From positions 31,140,628-31,204,627 of the forward strand of contig OZ037767.1 in assembly GCA_964035545.1 (NCBI GenBank): a stretch of DNA of 64,000 nt. The letters are read 5' to 3'. The notes beneath the pieces are model-generated. The model was not told where the DNA came from and ran no database searches. It was given only the letters and a program-made list of their open reading frames with translations. Position numbers and translations under genes: made by a program. The DNA is from Bugula neritina (taxonomy: Eukaryota > Animalia > Bryozoa). Shown here in pieces: positions 37,797-50,700 of the stretch. Position 1 is the first letter of the stretch. The number at the start of each line of letters is the position of its first letter.

Positions 37797-39082
37797 TTAG
37801 TCTAAAAAATAATTAGTCTACCTTTGTGTAAAATAAGAATTATTCTACATTTTTATAACTCGCAAGTCTGCATTGCCCCTTGCTAGTATAGCAGTATATT
37901 TGTTTTACTATTGGCGAGTTTACACTTGCTGCATAAGCATATGTGTGGTAGTTTACTAGATCCTTAAGACTATGTGACTATATGTTGTATAGTTACTAGT
38001 ATATATCCTCTTGTTATCTCAGATGTAAGCACACCATTATATGAGTTAACACCATTGTAAATATATTATAGTGAGTATTCTTTTAATGGCAACAATCAAT
38101 AAACTTACTTGCTATTTAATTGTCTTTCATTTCTTATGCCATTGAGCTTTATTGTCAGCCCCAATTGTATTCTCTAATTATTCCTCTCATTATAATCATA
38201 AACAAGTTGCTGCAATAGAAATAAACAAGTCAGCTGATTCTGCTACTGCTAGTTGATTAGCAATAACTGTACAAGTTCAGTTTAGACTATCTGCTTCTAC
38301 TTTAAGCTCTTTGTAATATCTAAAATTTAAATATATCTCCATGCTTTACATTATGCTGATGAATTTTTCATTCAACGCATGCAAACATATTATAGTGATT
38401 GACTAAAATCTGCAATGCACAAGTTGAATAAAATTATCGTAAGACAATGGCAGGAAATTTTGCCATAATTTAAATTTTATTGTATATAAACTGCTTATAC
38501 TATCAAATCTGAGAAGTTAACTGCATACCTTTTATTGGTCTTAAAATTATATTATAAAACAGAAAACGTAATACCAACTGTGCAATTTAAATACTAATGC
38601 TACATTAAAAACACAACTATATATGCGTAGAATTTTAAGAAAAAGTTAGAAAATTAAAAAGAAAGTTTGGTTGTTTATAAAGCTCATACAAATGTGAATT
38701 GCATAGCAAGATGTGACGGATCAAATTAACTGTTGAACAATCTGCAGTTATATCCAATTGATCAGACTATGCAGTACTGGTTTTATTTACAGCCAGAATC
38801 TATGACTATCTGTTGACACACTAGATGATGCTGTGAATAATAAGTAGAGTCGCCAGAGCGGAATGTTATCTTACACTAAATAATGTTATATATATAGTTT
38901 AAAGTATTAGATTAGAGACTGCAAACAGTAAATAAATAAATGAGTACACAATGCTCATGCTAGAGATGATATAAGAAATGACTCATCAGATTAAGTATTT
39001 CTGTTTGGTTGAGTAAATATTGATGAAAGAGGGAATGGCATTAACAGGCTAATAGCATGTGGCCTAGTTTAAAATGTTTCAT

Positions 39083-40253
39083 TTAGTAGTACACTAAAAA
39101 GAGAAAAGGAATGACATAGACTACACATGAAGCAACTATGTTCCTCCGAGCAGAGTTACAATCATCAGAAACTGTATCTCCATCAGCACATGTATTTGTG
39201 TCGTCTTTAGAGTCATCTTCACCTGTTGTGCTATTGCTTGGCTTTGCGGTACTGATTGGCTCAGCTGTACTGATTGGACAATTCTTGTAGCAAACTGCTT
39301 TGCAGTATGCTCCAAGAAATCCTATAATAACAACCATAAATTATAATCTAAATCTATGGCTAGAAAAATATTCTGTAATTGTGCAATGCAACAAGTTTTT
39401 CAAAATGAGAGACCAAATGGCTGTTGATTCCAAAAGGTTAATTGAAATTTTCTCTTCACTAGAGCTTTACTTTGCTTCTTTTGCATCCCTTACTTGCTTT
39501 CATATATTTTATTATATTTTTTCTATGATGCATTTTCTGGTGTATAGAGCTATAAAACATAAAATGCCATTTGAAAATTTGTATGAACTGTAAGCTAGAA
39601 TTGGATTCAAGTGTGGATATAATATGCTTCATAGTTGAGGGTGACACTTCACTTACGTTGGATCGAGCTGAAAAAATATCTGTCTATTTAGTTATCTGTA
39701 CCAGACTTTCAACAAAAGAACCCAACTTATGAAATTATATAATAAAACAACGTATCTTTTATATACGGTAAGCATGTTGCAGTGATACTATATACTGGAA
39801 GCATACCTAGACAAAGCTGTTCCCCCTTTTGGTTAGTTTCAAATGACACTTTACTACCATTTAGTAGTACCCCGCAGGATTTGTACAGCTTAAAACCTTC
39901 AACAAAGTAACATCCAGGTTCTTTTGGCCCATTATCTTCACAGAAAGCGTCTGTATAACTAGCTACCTCTCCGGTACACTCATATATTCTACAACACAGT
40001 GCATTAGTCATGACTCTTTATATAACTAAATATTTTCTCTTATACCATATCAAGTATTTCACTGCAGTACAGAAACTTCAAATTAATAAATATTGCTCAT
40101 AAACAAATCATTATAACCATACTCTTCAATCTGTGGAAGGCTGGCAGTTGGCGTTGGTGTAGGTGTAGTAGAGTTATCTTCCCCATTAGCTAACCCTTGG
40201 AATACTAAGAGTAAAAGGGCTGAAGTAACCAAGAGATGTAACTTCAATGTCAT
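39083..40253 (-). CDS. Secreted-pathway Cys-rich protein, predicted GPI-anchored (183 aa)
   Basis: Exons 40253-40123, 39988-39807, 39321-39083; GT-AG, phases 2,1, total 552 nt. Signal peptide MTLKLHLLVTSALLLLVFQGLANG, T/P stretch, 8-Cys domain ending CKAVCYKNCP, S/T/D-rich linker, then CNSARR and a hydrophobic C-terminus IVASCVVYVIPFLFLVYY with no cytoplasmic tail. Confidence 0.8.
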
Positions 40254-40737
40254 TGTTGTTTCTATGGACACTGTAAATAATACAATAGTAAAGTTAGACA
40301 ACAAGCAATATAATATATAATATTAGGAATATATGTTTATTCAAGTTGATAAAAATAATATTTTTAGTAATCTTTACAAAGCCATTGGCATTGTGCTCAA
40401 ATAAAAGTAGCTTCCACAGAACATATATAATTTGCACTGCCTTAGTATTCAAAATCTCACACAGTTACTAGTGCAGCTTCATTCCTTGCTGCTGCTAAGT
40501 TTTAAGATTTCTAGCACAATATAGCTATGATGACATATCTCAGTAAATTGATTTTTACCCATTGATTTTAATTGTTTATATAGTCTATTGAGTATTGATT
40601 CATTTTTTCATTGTAATAACACAATTGTAATCAGTGTTAAACAACTCTTGATTCAACCTAATCCAAAGTAAATGCAATCTGTATAAAAAGATTTGATAGC
40701 TAAGAGAACACAAATAGTCTTGCATGGTACTAAACAC

Positions 40738-41309
40738 TTGTTGATAGTAAAAAGTAAATAAATAGTTTTTTAACAGGTTGCAATATTTTCGCTTTCTAGC
40801 AAGTGTCTAATGACATTATTTGAAAAGATTTTATTATTAAAAAAATGAGTTTGTAAAGTTGAAAAATGCTGATTCACTGCTGTGATGATTTGGGATTTAC
40901 CGGAATAACCCATCTATTTCCTCATGGATTTATACTTTCAATATCAACCATGTATTTCAAGATTTATAAAATGGTGATTTATAGAACATATAATTTTGTA
41001 AAAGTAACTAGTCTATAAACATTTATTGTATAAATTTTTATAAATGTTAATGTTCTATAAATCACCATTTTATAAATCTTGAAATACATGGTTGATATTG
41101 AAAGTATAAATCCATGAGGAAATAGATGGGTTATTCCAGTAAATCCCAAATCATCACAGCAGTGAATCAGCATTTTTCAACTTTACAAACTCATTAATTT
41201 TGTTTAATAATAAAAGCTTTTCAAATAATGTCATTAGACACTTGCTAAACCGAAAAAAATATTGCAACCTGTTAAAAGACTATTTATTCCCGTTTTACTA
41301 TATCAACAA
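40738..41309. repeat. Long palindrome/foldback (~250-bp arms, ~60-bp spacer)
   Basis: 40738-40989 is the reverse complement of 41050-41309; the inner ~140 bp are almost perfectly matched. Confidence 0.95.
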
Positions 41310-41449
41310 AAATGTAGGCAGACATCATACTCTACTTAGAGGGGTAGCAAAGAGAGAGATACAATAAAATATTAATAGCATAAACCTTTTCTTTTTACCC
41401 GATCGTAAAATTACAGTATGCATCGCGGCTTTCCAACTCTTCTAGGCAT

Positions 41450-41532
41450 CAATAATAGCAGTATAATAGCAGTATAATAGCAGTATAATAGCAGTATAAT
41501 AGCAGTATATTAGCAGTATATTAGCAGTATAA
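41450..41532. repeat. 11-bp tandem repeat (AGCAGTATAAT)n
   Basis: Direct observation. Confidence 0.9.
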
Positions 41533-43289
41533 TTAGGACAAAATTGAAACGCTTTAATTTTTTCTTAAACCTTTTCAACTATAAAAGACATTCTCTTTAA
41601 GCTATGAATATGATTATAGGGGGCTACCCCTCTCTACCTCTACTACTTCTTAATAAGAGAATCCAATAGAAATGTAGAACTTAATGCTATTTTTCATAGC
41701 TGTTGGTAATTCTAATCAAAGAAAAGAAACATTATAAATATATGTTTATTTCATCAACAGTTATTTATTGAAAATATAGCTCTAGAAAAAGTGCATTCCT
41801 ACATGTTGCATGGTACAACTGCGAATGCTCTGTTTTAATGGTCACGAGTTGGAGGTAGCGAGCTCCAATGAGTGTTTCACAGCATTATTAGTTTGAAGAG
41901 GCAGTTTTAAAAAATAGAATATAAATAAAACCACAAATCCTAAAAAAACTTCAATATATTCATATATATTACATGAACCCATACTGTTAACATGACTTCA
42001 ACACCTCAAAGCTCAAGTCGTTGACTAAACTTCCCTCCCCCCATGTATTGGCCCCAAACCACGAACTTGATAAAGTTTCTATCATGTTCAAGGTTACAAT
42101 GTATTGAAATAGCGCTTTCAAGTTGTTATTCTACTTACCTCGCTTTCTGCTAGTATAGACTTTAGTACTGTTTTCTGCTAGTATAAACTTTAGTGGCTGA
42201 GCACCAGTTGGCTTGCGCTACTTTTTCCTGCTAAAGCAGTGCCAACAATGAATTGGGGGGTTCAAACAATGATGTAACGGAGTTAACAAAAGAAGCATTG
42301 AATGGTTAGCTGATAAGGAAGCTTAGCTAAAAACAAGTCAAATATTATAAAGCTATTCGTCATACCCTTTTAGTGTGCCCAAGCCTGATTATAGTTTATA
42401 TCTATATATTATTATAGTGTACATATCTACAGCATATAATATCATTATAGTGTATATCTATATATTATTATAGTGTTTATTTATATATTACTATAGTGTA
42501 TATCTATATATTATCATTATTATTTAAAAAGATTTTTATTTACTGAACTCACTTAGTGTGGAGATAAGAGAGTGATAAGGACATGATATGGTAAGATAAA
42601 TTTATATACTGGGGATGAGGAGGGGGTGAGGGGTAAGGATGGGGTAAAGGGGGTAAGGAGGGATAGGAAGAGATGAGGGGGTCCTGGAGAAAAAAGAATT
42701 TTCTACAAGCAGTAGTATGAAATCATTACCCACGTCTCAACTGTTAGATATTAAATATTCATAAATTTAGCAAAAGCAGATAATTTAATTTGATCAGATA
42801 TGACTCACCTGTTTGGCGCACATTTATAATTTTCTAGAACTTTTACAAAAGTGAAATAGACTTTTCAGGCAGTTTGCTGCAAATTGTTGTTTAAAGTCAC
42901 ACATTAAGTTATAAGTGGCTACAGATTTAAGATATAACTGCTGTGATGAACTTGAGTAACATAGCTTTGTGCTTACATTATCATATATAAACTTGGGTAT
43001 CGCATTACCACAGAAAACCAGCTTAGGATACGAGTTTTTTACTTGGAGTATAAGCAGTTTTCATCTCAAGCTGCAACAATTTGATTGTAATAAAAGCGTA
43101 ACCAGATTTTTTGTGACCTAATTTTTGAGGTAGGGTGGGTTTGAACTTGTCCCAGAATAATTTATTATAACAAACTGCTGCCCTGACGACTATAAACCCA
43201 ATACTGTTTTGTTATATTTCTAGTGATAACCTGCTGGGTGTTTCTCCGGAACCAACTGTTGTCCACAATTCAACTAGCATCTGGCAATG

Positions 43290-43685
43290 AGCTATAACTA
43301 GCAACTATAAACTAAGGACTAGCAATTGGTAACTAGCAACTAGGAACTAGCAATTAGAAACTAGCAACTAGGAACTAGCAATTAGAAACTAGCAATTAGA
43401 AACTAGAAACTGGCAACTAGCAAATACTCTGAGAGGCTATACAAGCCAGTTAATTTCAAATAAAGTTTTAGTGACAGACTTAATTTGCATAATTGAAGTA
43501 AATATTTCAGTCTATAAACAACAAGCTGGAACTGTTACAGAGAAATACCTATCAATAACGAGAAATACTGATCAATAAGGAGAAATACAGATTTATAAGG
43601 AGAAATACAAATCAATAAAGAGAAATACTGATCAATAAAGAGAAATACAGATCAATAAAGATAAATACTGATCAATAAACAGAAA
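43290..43685. repeat. Two minisatellites: AACTAGC-based (43290-43405) and 20-bp AGAAATACTGATCAATAAGG-type (43540-43685)
   Basis: Direct observation. Confidence 0.85.
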
Positions 43686-44079
43686 CATTGACTCATTAAC
43701 TGTAAAGCCCAGCACAGAGCTGACATACATGTAATATATCATATCAGTTAATAAAGTCATATATTCTATAAACTTGTCAAGTCATATAGTTGATCTGGTC
43801 TGAAATACAGGGAAACTTATTTCTCCATTCTGTGCAGGCCATTATTATTTCAGGAAAAATCCTTTGTCGGCAACAAATATTATGTATAAAGTCTCTACAT
43901 GCTTATAATTGAAGGTTAATTATATAATAAAGTATAAGACAAAAATGTATGATATGGTTTGTTGTATAGAATGCCAGGGTAATTTTCATTGTCGTTGGAC
44001 TGCAAACTATACTGTAGTATTTAGCACTAACATAACTGTTAGGGTTTATATAATACACACAGACAATACACCACATCCC

Positions 44080-45040
44080 ATTTTATCCTCCATATTGTTT
44101 ACTTTCTCCATGTGAAGGTTAAAGCCATGTCTAGGTATCATTCTTAACTTGTCTTTGTTTTGCCTCCTCTGAAGTTTAGAGCTGTGGAAGTGACCAATCA
44201 TATGCTTTGGCTGACTTTTCCTCAGCAATAAGAGCATATCTTAGCTTTAGTTATTAAAAATAGTTACTATAATTTATTGTAATTCAAGAAAGCTACCTCA
44301 AACAGAAACAACGAAACATAATAAAGTGTCCCCCAGGTGTGCTTATTATATACTAAGCATACAGCAAAACAGCTACATCTCAGGTTTTTATAAAGTTACA
44401 CCTGTTGTATCTGGATTTATAAGTATTATAAGTATGTGTAGTTGTCATCTTTTATTGTTGCATGTGTGTGGGGTGCACAACTCTAAGTTTGACATTATTA
44501 TTGCATATAGCGTGGGTGTGGCTTGTGTGAGTGTTGTAGCTATATAACCTAGTGCAAATGGGAGAATTGAGAGACTTTAGACTGATTGAAGAACGATTGA
44601 GGATATTTGTATGTAATGTATGCGACCCAATTAGAATGTGTTAGAGTACATCAGTGAGTGCTAGCCTAGGACCATAGACTGAGGAGCACCACCAGCCAAC
44701 TACTCTAACCCGGAGTCTCGACTTCACCCCTAACGGACGGACAGAAGCTGGAGTTACCTTGTAGCCAAGCCATTAACCCGCAACTGCACACCAACCCTGA
44801 GCTCACCCCAAGGCTACAATATATATATATATATATTACTTGGTGAGTTTGAGATACTCAAAATCAGTAAAACCCACCGGAACACACCTACCAGAGATAT
44901 CTATACCCACTCTTGCATATGCAGCTTCGCTGGCAGCTAATACTTCGTCAGCTATAGGAAACGCATCAGCACTTTCTGCAGGGCATTCTCTCCGACAAAT
45001 TGTGAGCAGAAAAATATCTCTCCACTTGGTCGAGCAATTG
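44080..45040 (-). pseudogene. RING + amphipathic-helix family, copy 8 (pseudogene closest to copy 4)
   Basis: 45040-44892 reads [34 protein letters not shown] with a 2-nt insertion (copy 4: [34 protein letters not shown]). 44130-44085 reads FNLHMEKVNNME with the donor lost. Intron motif cagctacatctcaggtt is shared with 25745. Confidence 0.82.
44403..44884. mobile_element. Solo LTR (482 bp) inserted in intron 2 of copy 8
   Basis: Termini TGTT...AACA, flanked by a CACC duplication (44399-44402 and 44885-44888). The homologous intron of copy 4 (25765-25782) is the empty site. Confidence 0.8.
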
Positions 45041-46878
45041 ATACATTAGATAGGTTAGATTAAATGAAACTGGTTAATAGTTTATGTTTAAGGAGAGTTC
45101 AATGCACTGGCAAAGTAGGATATATAGAAAGTTAAAAAGTAGATAAAATTTCATTTAAACATGTTATTATTTTCCATTCAACAATCATCAGATAAAACGT
45201 TATATCAAAGGTGTGCGCCTTAGAAGTATAAATAAAGCATAAAATAGCTATATGGATACTGAAAGATGGTATAGCTAGAAGATTAGAATATTGTGCAGTA
45301 ATGCACAAAACTTATTTATTATATGTGAAATTTGTTGGAAATAAATCTTGGTAGTAGAATGACAATCCTTTCGGTTCATGATGAACATTATAAGCTATGC
45401 TTACCCAATTTTATGTTAACTTACTTCAGTACATGCATGGTTACGTATCAGATCACAAATTACTCACTCTAACACTGTTTCAGTTAGTATCCTTTGGGAA
45501 GATAACTCCAGACATTTCTACTCTGAACATACACAGTAAGTTATGTAGGAATTGTGTCTCCTTGTCAAATAAATGGCTTAAACATGGTGAGCTGACAAGG
45601 TGATTCAAGCCATGGTGCACTCACTTAGATAGCTTTTACTATGCTTTGTGTTTGCGTTGGAATAAAATCTCAATAAAAACCAAAGTTCAAACCCACAAAC
45701 AAACATAATTGTTGAGAATCTATAATCTATATACTTTAGTCATGTATTGATTTTAGATGCAGGAGTACTAGGGGCAGCTTTCTGTAGTACTAGCCTTCTT
45801 ATTCGAATAATGTTCTTTCTTTTATATAATTCAGGGAATATGTGCTGCATGTATTATAGCCAACTACTTATATAGATTAAAAGCGTTACAATTATATAAC
45901 TATAGTCTTGTGTATTACGTTGGTAGACCAGGAAATCCTGGCCGCATGCTAACTTTCATTAAAAATACCTGATGTTCTGTAGTTGATAAAATTTTCTTTC
46001 CGGAATAGTCTTAGCAGCATTACTAGGCACTCTATGACTATGCCTGCCATTATGGCGCACAGTAAAAGCTATTAGACTAAACCTTCGCACATATCTTTAT
46101 AGCTAATTAAGAGCTGCTAACTTTTGACAACGATTTTCTAATTTTGATTTTAAATATTGCTTTTAATCACATAGTGTTAGGTTTGGGGTAAATTATAACC
46201 ATAGTTTTGGTTTTTGCGTTGCATATAAAAATTTTAATAGTATTTACAGAGTGTGACAATTCCCAACTGATAATCACTCTTTGCCTTTCAACATCCAGTG
46301 GTGAGGTGGACCAGGAGAGGGGGTCCAGCATAGGATAGACTGCTAGTGAGTGATGTAGTGAAGGGATTCAAGTCTACGAAGCTTGACGCTAGCTGTTAGT
46401 ATATGGCGGGTATAAATTGTCTTTAGGTAGAGTTATAAAGAACCATTTATTCGAATGATATAGAACATAGTGATATAAATTTTTCATACCAATATAAATA
46501 AATATTGTAATCATTGGAAATATAATGGTTGCAGCGTAGAACAGTAGTGCATAGCTGAAAGTTGAAATTGAAAATAACAGTTAAACCATAGAACTATAAT
46601 TTATAAGCCTAAGAAAATTTTAGGTCTTTGAGTTAAACATTAAATAATCTCATTTTTACTAGTTCTAGCTGCAACACTGCATCAAGTAAACAGCCATGGG
46701 CTCATACAAAAGTTACAAAATAGAAAAACCTGAAAGAGATTTCCTCCATACCATTGCTAGGTTAGCATAGATGAGAGACTGCACTGAACAATCATGAGCA
46801 GGCAGAATAACTGGTATCAACTGGCCAAAACAGATTTAGAGGAGCAAAAAGTCAGGTTATGAATTATATCACAAGAGT

Positions 46879-48948
46879 TCAAAGGTTGCAGTCTCCGGTT
46901 GTCGGCACATCTGAAGCGTTCTGAACCGGCTCAGGTCTAATTTCTGGTTCAACAGTTTGTACTTGAGTGGTCTCGAACTCGGCCTGGATTGCCGAGACAT
47001 GTTTGGGCTTTTTTCTTAGGGTATCTAAAAGCAATCATCAGCTGTGAAAGATATGTGATGACTGTCAGCAAACACAGAAAATAATACATCCTAATGTAAT
47101 GTAACTTTGGAGCCATTTTCCTGTTGCTAGTATTTAGAGGAACTTACAATGTCTCAACTCACCGCATGTTATACAATGCCTCAACTCACCGCATGTTATA
47201 CAATATCTCAACTCACCGCATCTTATAAGATGTAGACATCTACAGAACGTGCATGTTGGGTTTGGGCTGCCAAAGCTGTAACTCGAGGAACATTTACAGC
47301 ACCTTTTCCAGCAGAGACACAGCACGATGGCGAGGATGATGGCGATGGCGACAATCACTGCGGATATGCTCAACAGTGGAATTGCATAGGGAGGTAGGCT
47401 TGAATCTGCAGGTAGTACGTCAGGTAAAGGGTTATCTGATGAGGGAGTCGTACTCCGACTAGGGAAGGAGCAATAGACACCTCGGTAATCTGTAGTAAAA
47501 TAAGAAAAATAATCTATCAAGCTTGGGGAGATTACTCCAAATTAATCCTAAATAATCCAGTAGCTCATACAATTTTGACTGTCTAGGAGTATCAGTATAG
47601 AAACAAAGAGGGGAGAAGGGGGAGATAGGAAAAGGGTCACTAAGTAAAAGCATTAAGATTCTAAACAAATGACAGCTAAACTTTTTTCTCTAAAAGTAAA
47701 AAGTTTAGTATCTCGGCTTTTCAGTAGTTATTGCCACATTGCTTGCAGGAAATGAAAACTAGCAATAGCCAACAGCTCAATAAGTAATAATTGTTTATGT
47801 TTAAAATCACTAGTCAACAATGAAATAGAAGATATGCAGCTAAGATTAATAATACATGGCATTGCTAGAAAATGGTAAACTAGTGCAAAATGTTTAAAAA
47901 ATAAAACAGGAATTGAAAGTAATCAACTAATTAGAATTGGGGATGGTTTGGAGTTGTCACACTGATAGGAGGGTTTATTTCCACACCATACATTATAAAA
48001 CTAGAAGACTGCCGCGAGATAATAGGCCAGCTCCTAGCTCACTACTAAAGTTGCGTTTGTACCTCAGCTGAAAAAAGTACCGAGTTTAGGTTAATAACGC
48101 TTTTCCGGGTACCCCTTTATAGTCAAACTTAAACTCGTTGAAATCATATTGATGCGGTTGCTCACTTTCTGAAATTGAAATTTGACTCGCATAATAGCTA
48201 TTTGATGCCCTTTGTAAATGTCGTGAATTAGTGAAGCGGAAAGCATAAAAGCGATAATTGAGAAAGCGTAGGCTATATAATTAAGTACGTTGTCTAATCG
48301 CTAAAGTAATAACTAAATAACGATGTTTACAAGGAGTTATTACTCTTATTCCAAAATTGGCCGATTAAGTTATCACAGTACAAAAATTTCAACGAGTGGC
48401 TTTTACAATGCAATGCAACTCGGAGAAATTTCAACCCGGCCAAATTGAAATTTTAACCGAAAATAGTGAAGGTATAAACGCAACTTATCAGAAACGAAGG
48501 ACGAAGTGAAAGCAGCAAAGTACTCTACCTGAAATACCGTATAGACACTAACCTGGACAGGACGTATTGCACACATCTAGCACACTCTCATCTCCTGGGT
48601 CAGAAGGCAAATCATTGCAGATATCAAAACACGGGAGAGTATTTTCATATCCGTCATTATAGCACTTGTCGCCAATCAGAGTAATATTTTGTTCACACTG
48701 CGAGACAGTAAACTTGGGGCAGAGTAGATGGGTGCTAGAAAGAAGAATTCACACATCAATGTATGACAGTTTATTTAAACTTTTTTATGTGAATAAAGTA
48801 AGACATGAGAACTCGGCGACATTTAATAAGAGTCCATGTACTTAGGTCAGACAACTTCTGAGAACTATGAGAAAATACTGAATCAACCCACCTGGTAGTC
48901 ATAGTGACACAGATATAAGTGTAGAGTAGAACTAGGAATAGATTTTGT
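46879..48948 (-). CDS. Single-pass membrane receptor with a small Cys-rich ectodomain (Grindelwald/TNFR-like pattern); start codon not located
   Basis: Exons ~48948-48892 (LFLVLLYTYICVTMTT, signal-like), 48734-48553 (CPKFTVSQC...KCY...PCFDICND...VCNTSCP), 47489-47217 or an alternative donor (DY.., S/P stalk, TM YAIPLLSISAVIVAIAIILAIVLCLCW, KRCCKC), 47024-46879 (short cytoplasmic tail); phases consistent (2,1,1). Confidence 0.75.
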
Positions 48949-50319
48949 CCTCAAATCTATAAATAAAACTCAATAAATTAGATATAAAATGTATATTTCA
49001 CAGCGGTATTGTAATGATCTATTGTGACAAATTTAGCAATCACCATCACTTAAAATATAAAGAAGAATTCATTATTTTATGAACACCTCAAGGCCAGTAC
49101 TGACAGACGATAAAATATACAAGTACAAGAAACAGTTCTCCTTAAAATCTAAGATTTACGGCAAAAACTTTAGAAACGGCTTCTATTTACAACATATCAA
49201 TAACTTGTATAACTATAGTATAATTGCTAATAATGAGTGATTACATATACTACATTGCTTATGATTCAACAATAATTTAGTAGCAGATATTTATATTGAG
49301 TTGGGTAATTAATTCACAGTACCATCACAATCACTTGATCTACCACACCTAGTAGCCTTGTAATGATTAATATTGTGGTTGCAAGGGCTAGTAGATCTGA
49401 GTAAACTCTATAGAGTAGCAGCTAAAGAAATTCTACTTATAATCTTAATTTATTCTCAGTTTGAACTGAAAGTATAATAACTAATTGGGTGCATGGGTTT
49501 TACTTTTCAGAGTTGTCTTCTCTCGACCACACTTCATAAACAATTAGGTTTTTATTGAGCTACATTCGTATGGCTATTATTATTAACTTTAGTACAGCTA
49601 TAGAATCAGCAAGTCTCAGCAACTTAAGTAATATTACATGTTTTGTTTTCTTAATTATGGTTAAGAATTATGATATACCATTACACCACTTCACTCTGCT
49701 AGTAGTTTAGATGATTTTACACAATACTGATAAGTCCCTCTTTATATCTTACTACTACTAGTAGCATAGGTCTAGGTTTCTAGGAGCTTAAGGAAATACA
49801 AGACAAAAACATTTTTGTGTGAGTGTAGCTCAGTGTAGTTTGACGTTATGTTCATTGTTCAAGTTGAGTAAGTGAAGGTGGGCCAGAGATTTTTAATTTA
49901 GCAAGTGGATGAGTCAACAAGAATCATATTTTAAATCATGCCGACTATTGACTGTAGCACTACTACTTGTAGTACCAATACTTATAGACTATAGCTGAGC
50001 CTATAAGTATAATAATAATTACAGTCACATTCAGACTGATAGTGATGCTTGTACTCATTGTACTAGGCATGATAATATAAACGTAGTAGTACACTTATTT
50101 CACAATTGACACCGATCAATAGTGAAGGTTTCACTACAGCTTTGAAAGTTGAAGATGTAACAGTTGGGAAATATTATACTAAATGAGTAAATCTAATAGT
50201 AATACATAATTATAATTAAATAGTCCTGACAACTGATGAGTTATGACTGGCCGGTGTCAGTAGCACCATCAGTATTACTTCATTAGTATTATTATAAATA
50301 TAAGTCCCATACCCAAACA

Positions 50320-50700
50320 AGACTCAAAACAGGGCTGTACACTCCATTAAAAATTTAAAGGGTAGAGAAGTATCAGTAACAGATGCCAAATTTGACCCAG
50401 GCCTAGAAACATTAAGAATGTGCAGACAGTCACAGATAACTTCTTTGTTGTGTTGTATTACTGCTAATGAGGATTTATATCCAACCCTAAATAATACCCT
50501 TAAATCTATGAAATCCTCCACCCACAACACGAATACCCATATTAACACCTTCAATGCTATCGCCTGTGATTCGAGCCTGTTGCACACTGTAAGGGGAGGG
50601 GGGATAGTGGCAAACTTCTGAGTCTGGATAGATCTGAGGGTCCCACAACTACTCTCTCCGAGAAGTTTTGGGACTTAACCCAATCAAGATCAAGATCAAG
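50320..50700 (+). mobile_element. LINE 3' fragment (RT C-terminus, 3' UTR, (ATCAAG)n tail)
   Basis: QNRAVHSIKNLKGREVSVT...GLETL resembles CR1-group ORF2 C-termini; the 3' end matches 6895-7040. Confidence 0.7.

Noticed and set aside
45465-45545. Possible exon 1 relic of copy 8, and a possible exon 4 relic near 43800-43860
   Set aside because: Multiple stops and missing cysteines; similarity by eye is within chance.
46879-47024. TRAF-binding motif in the receptor tail (PVQNA)
   Set aside because: Does not fit the (P/S/A/T)x(Q/E)E, PxQxxD or PxExx-aromatic/acidic consensus.
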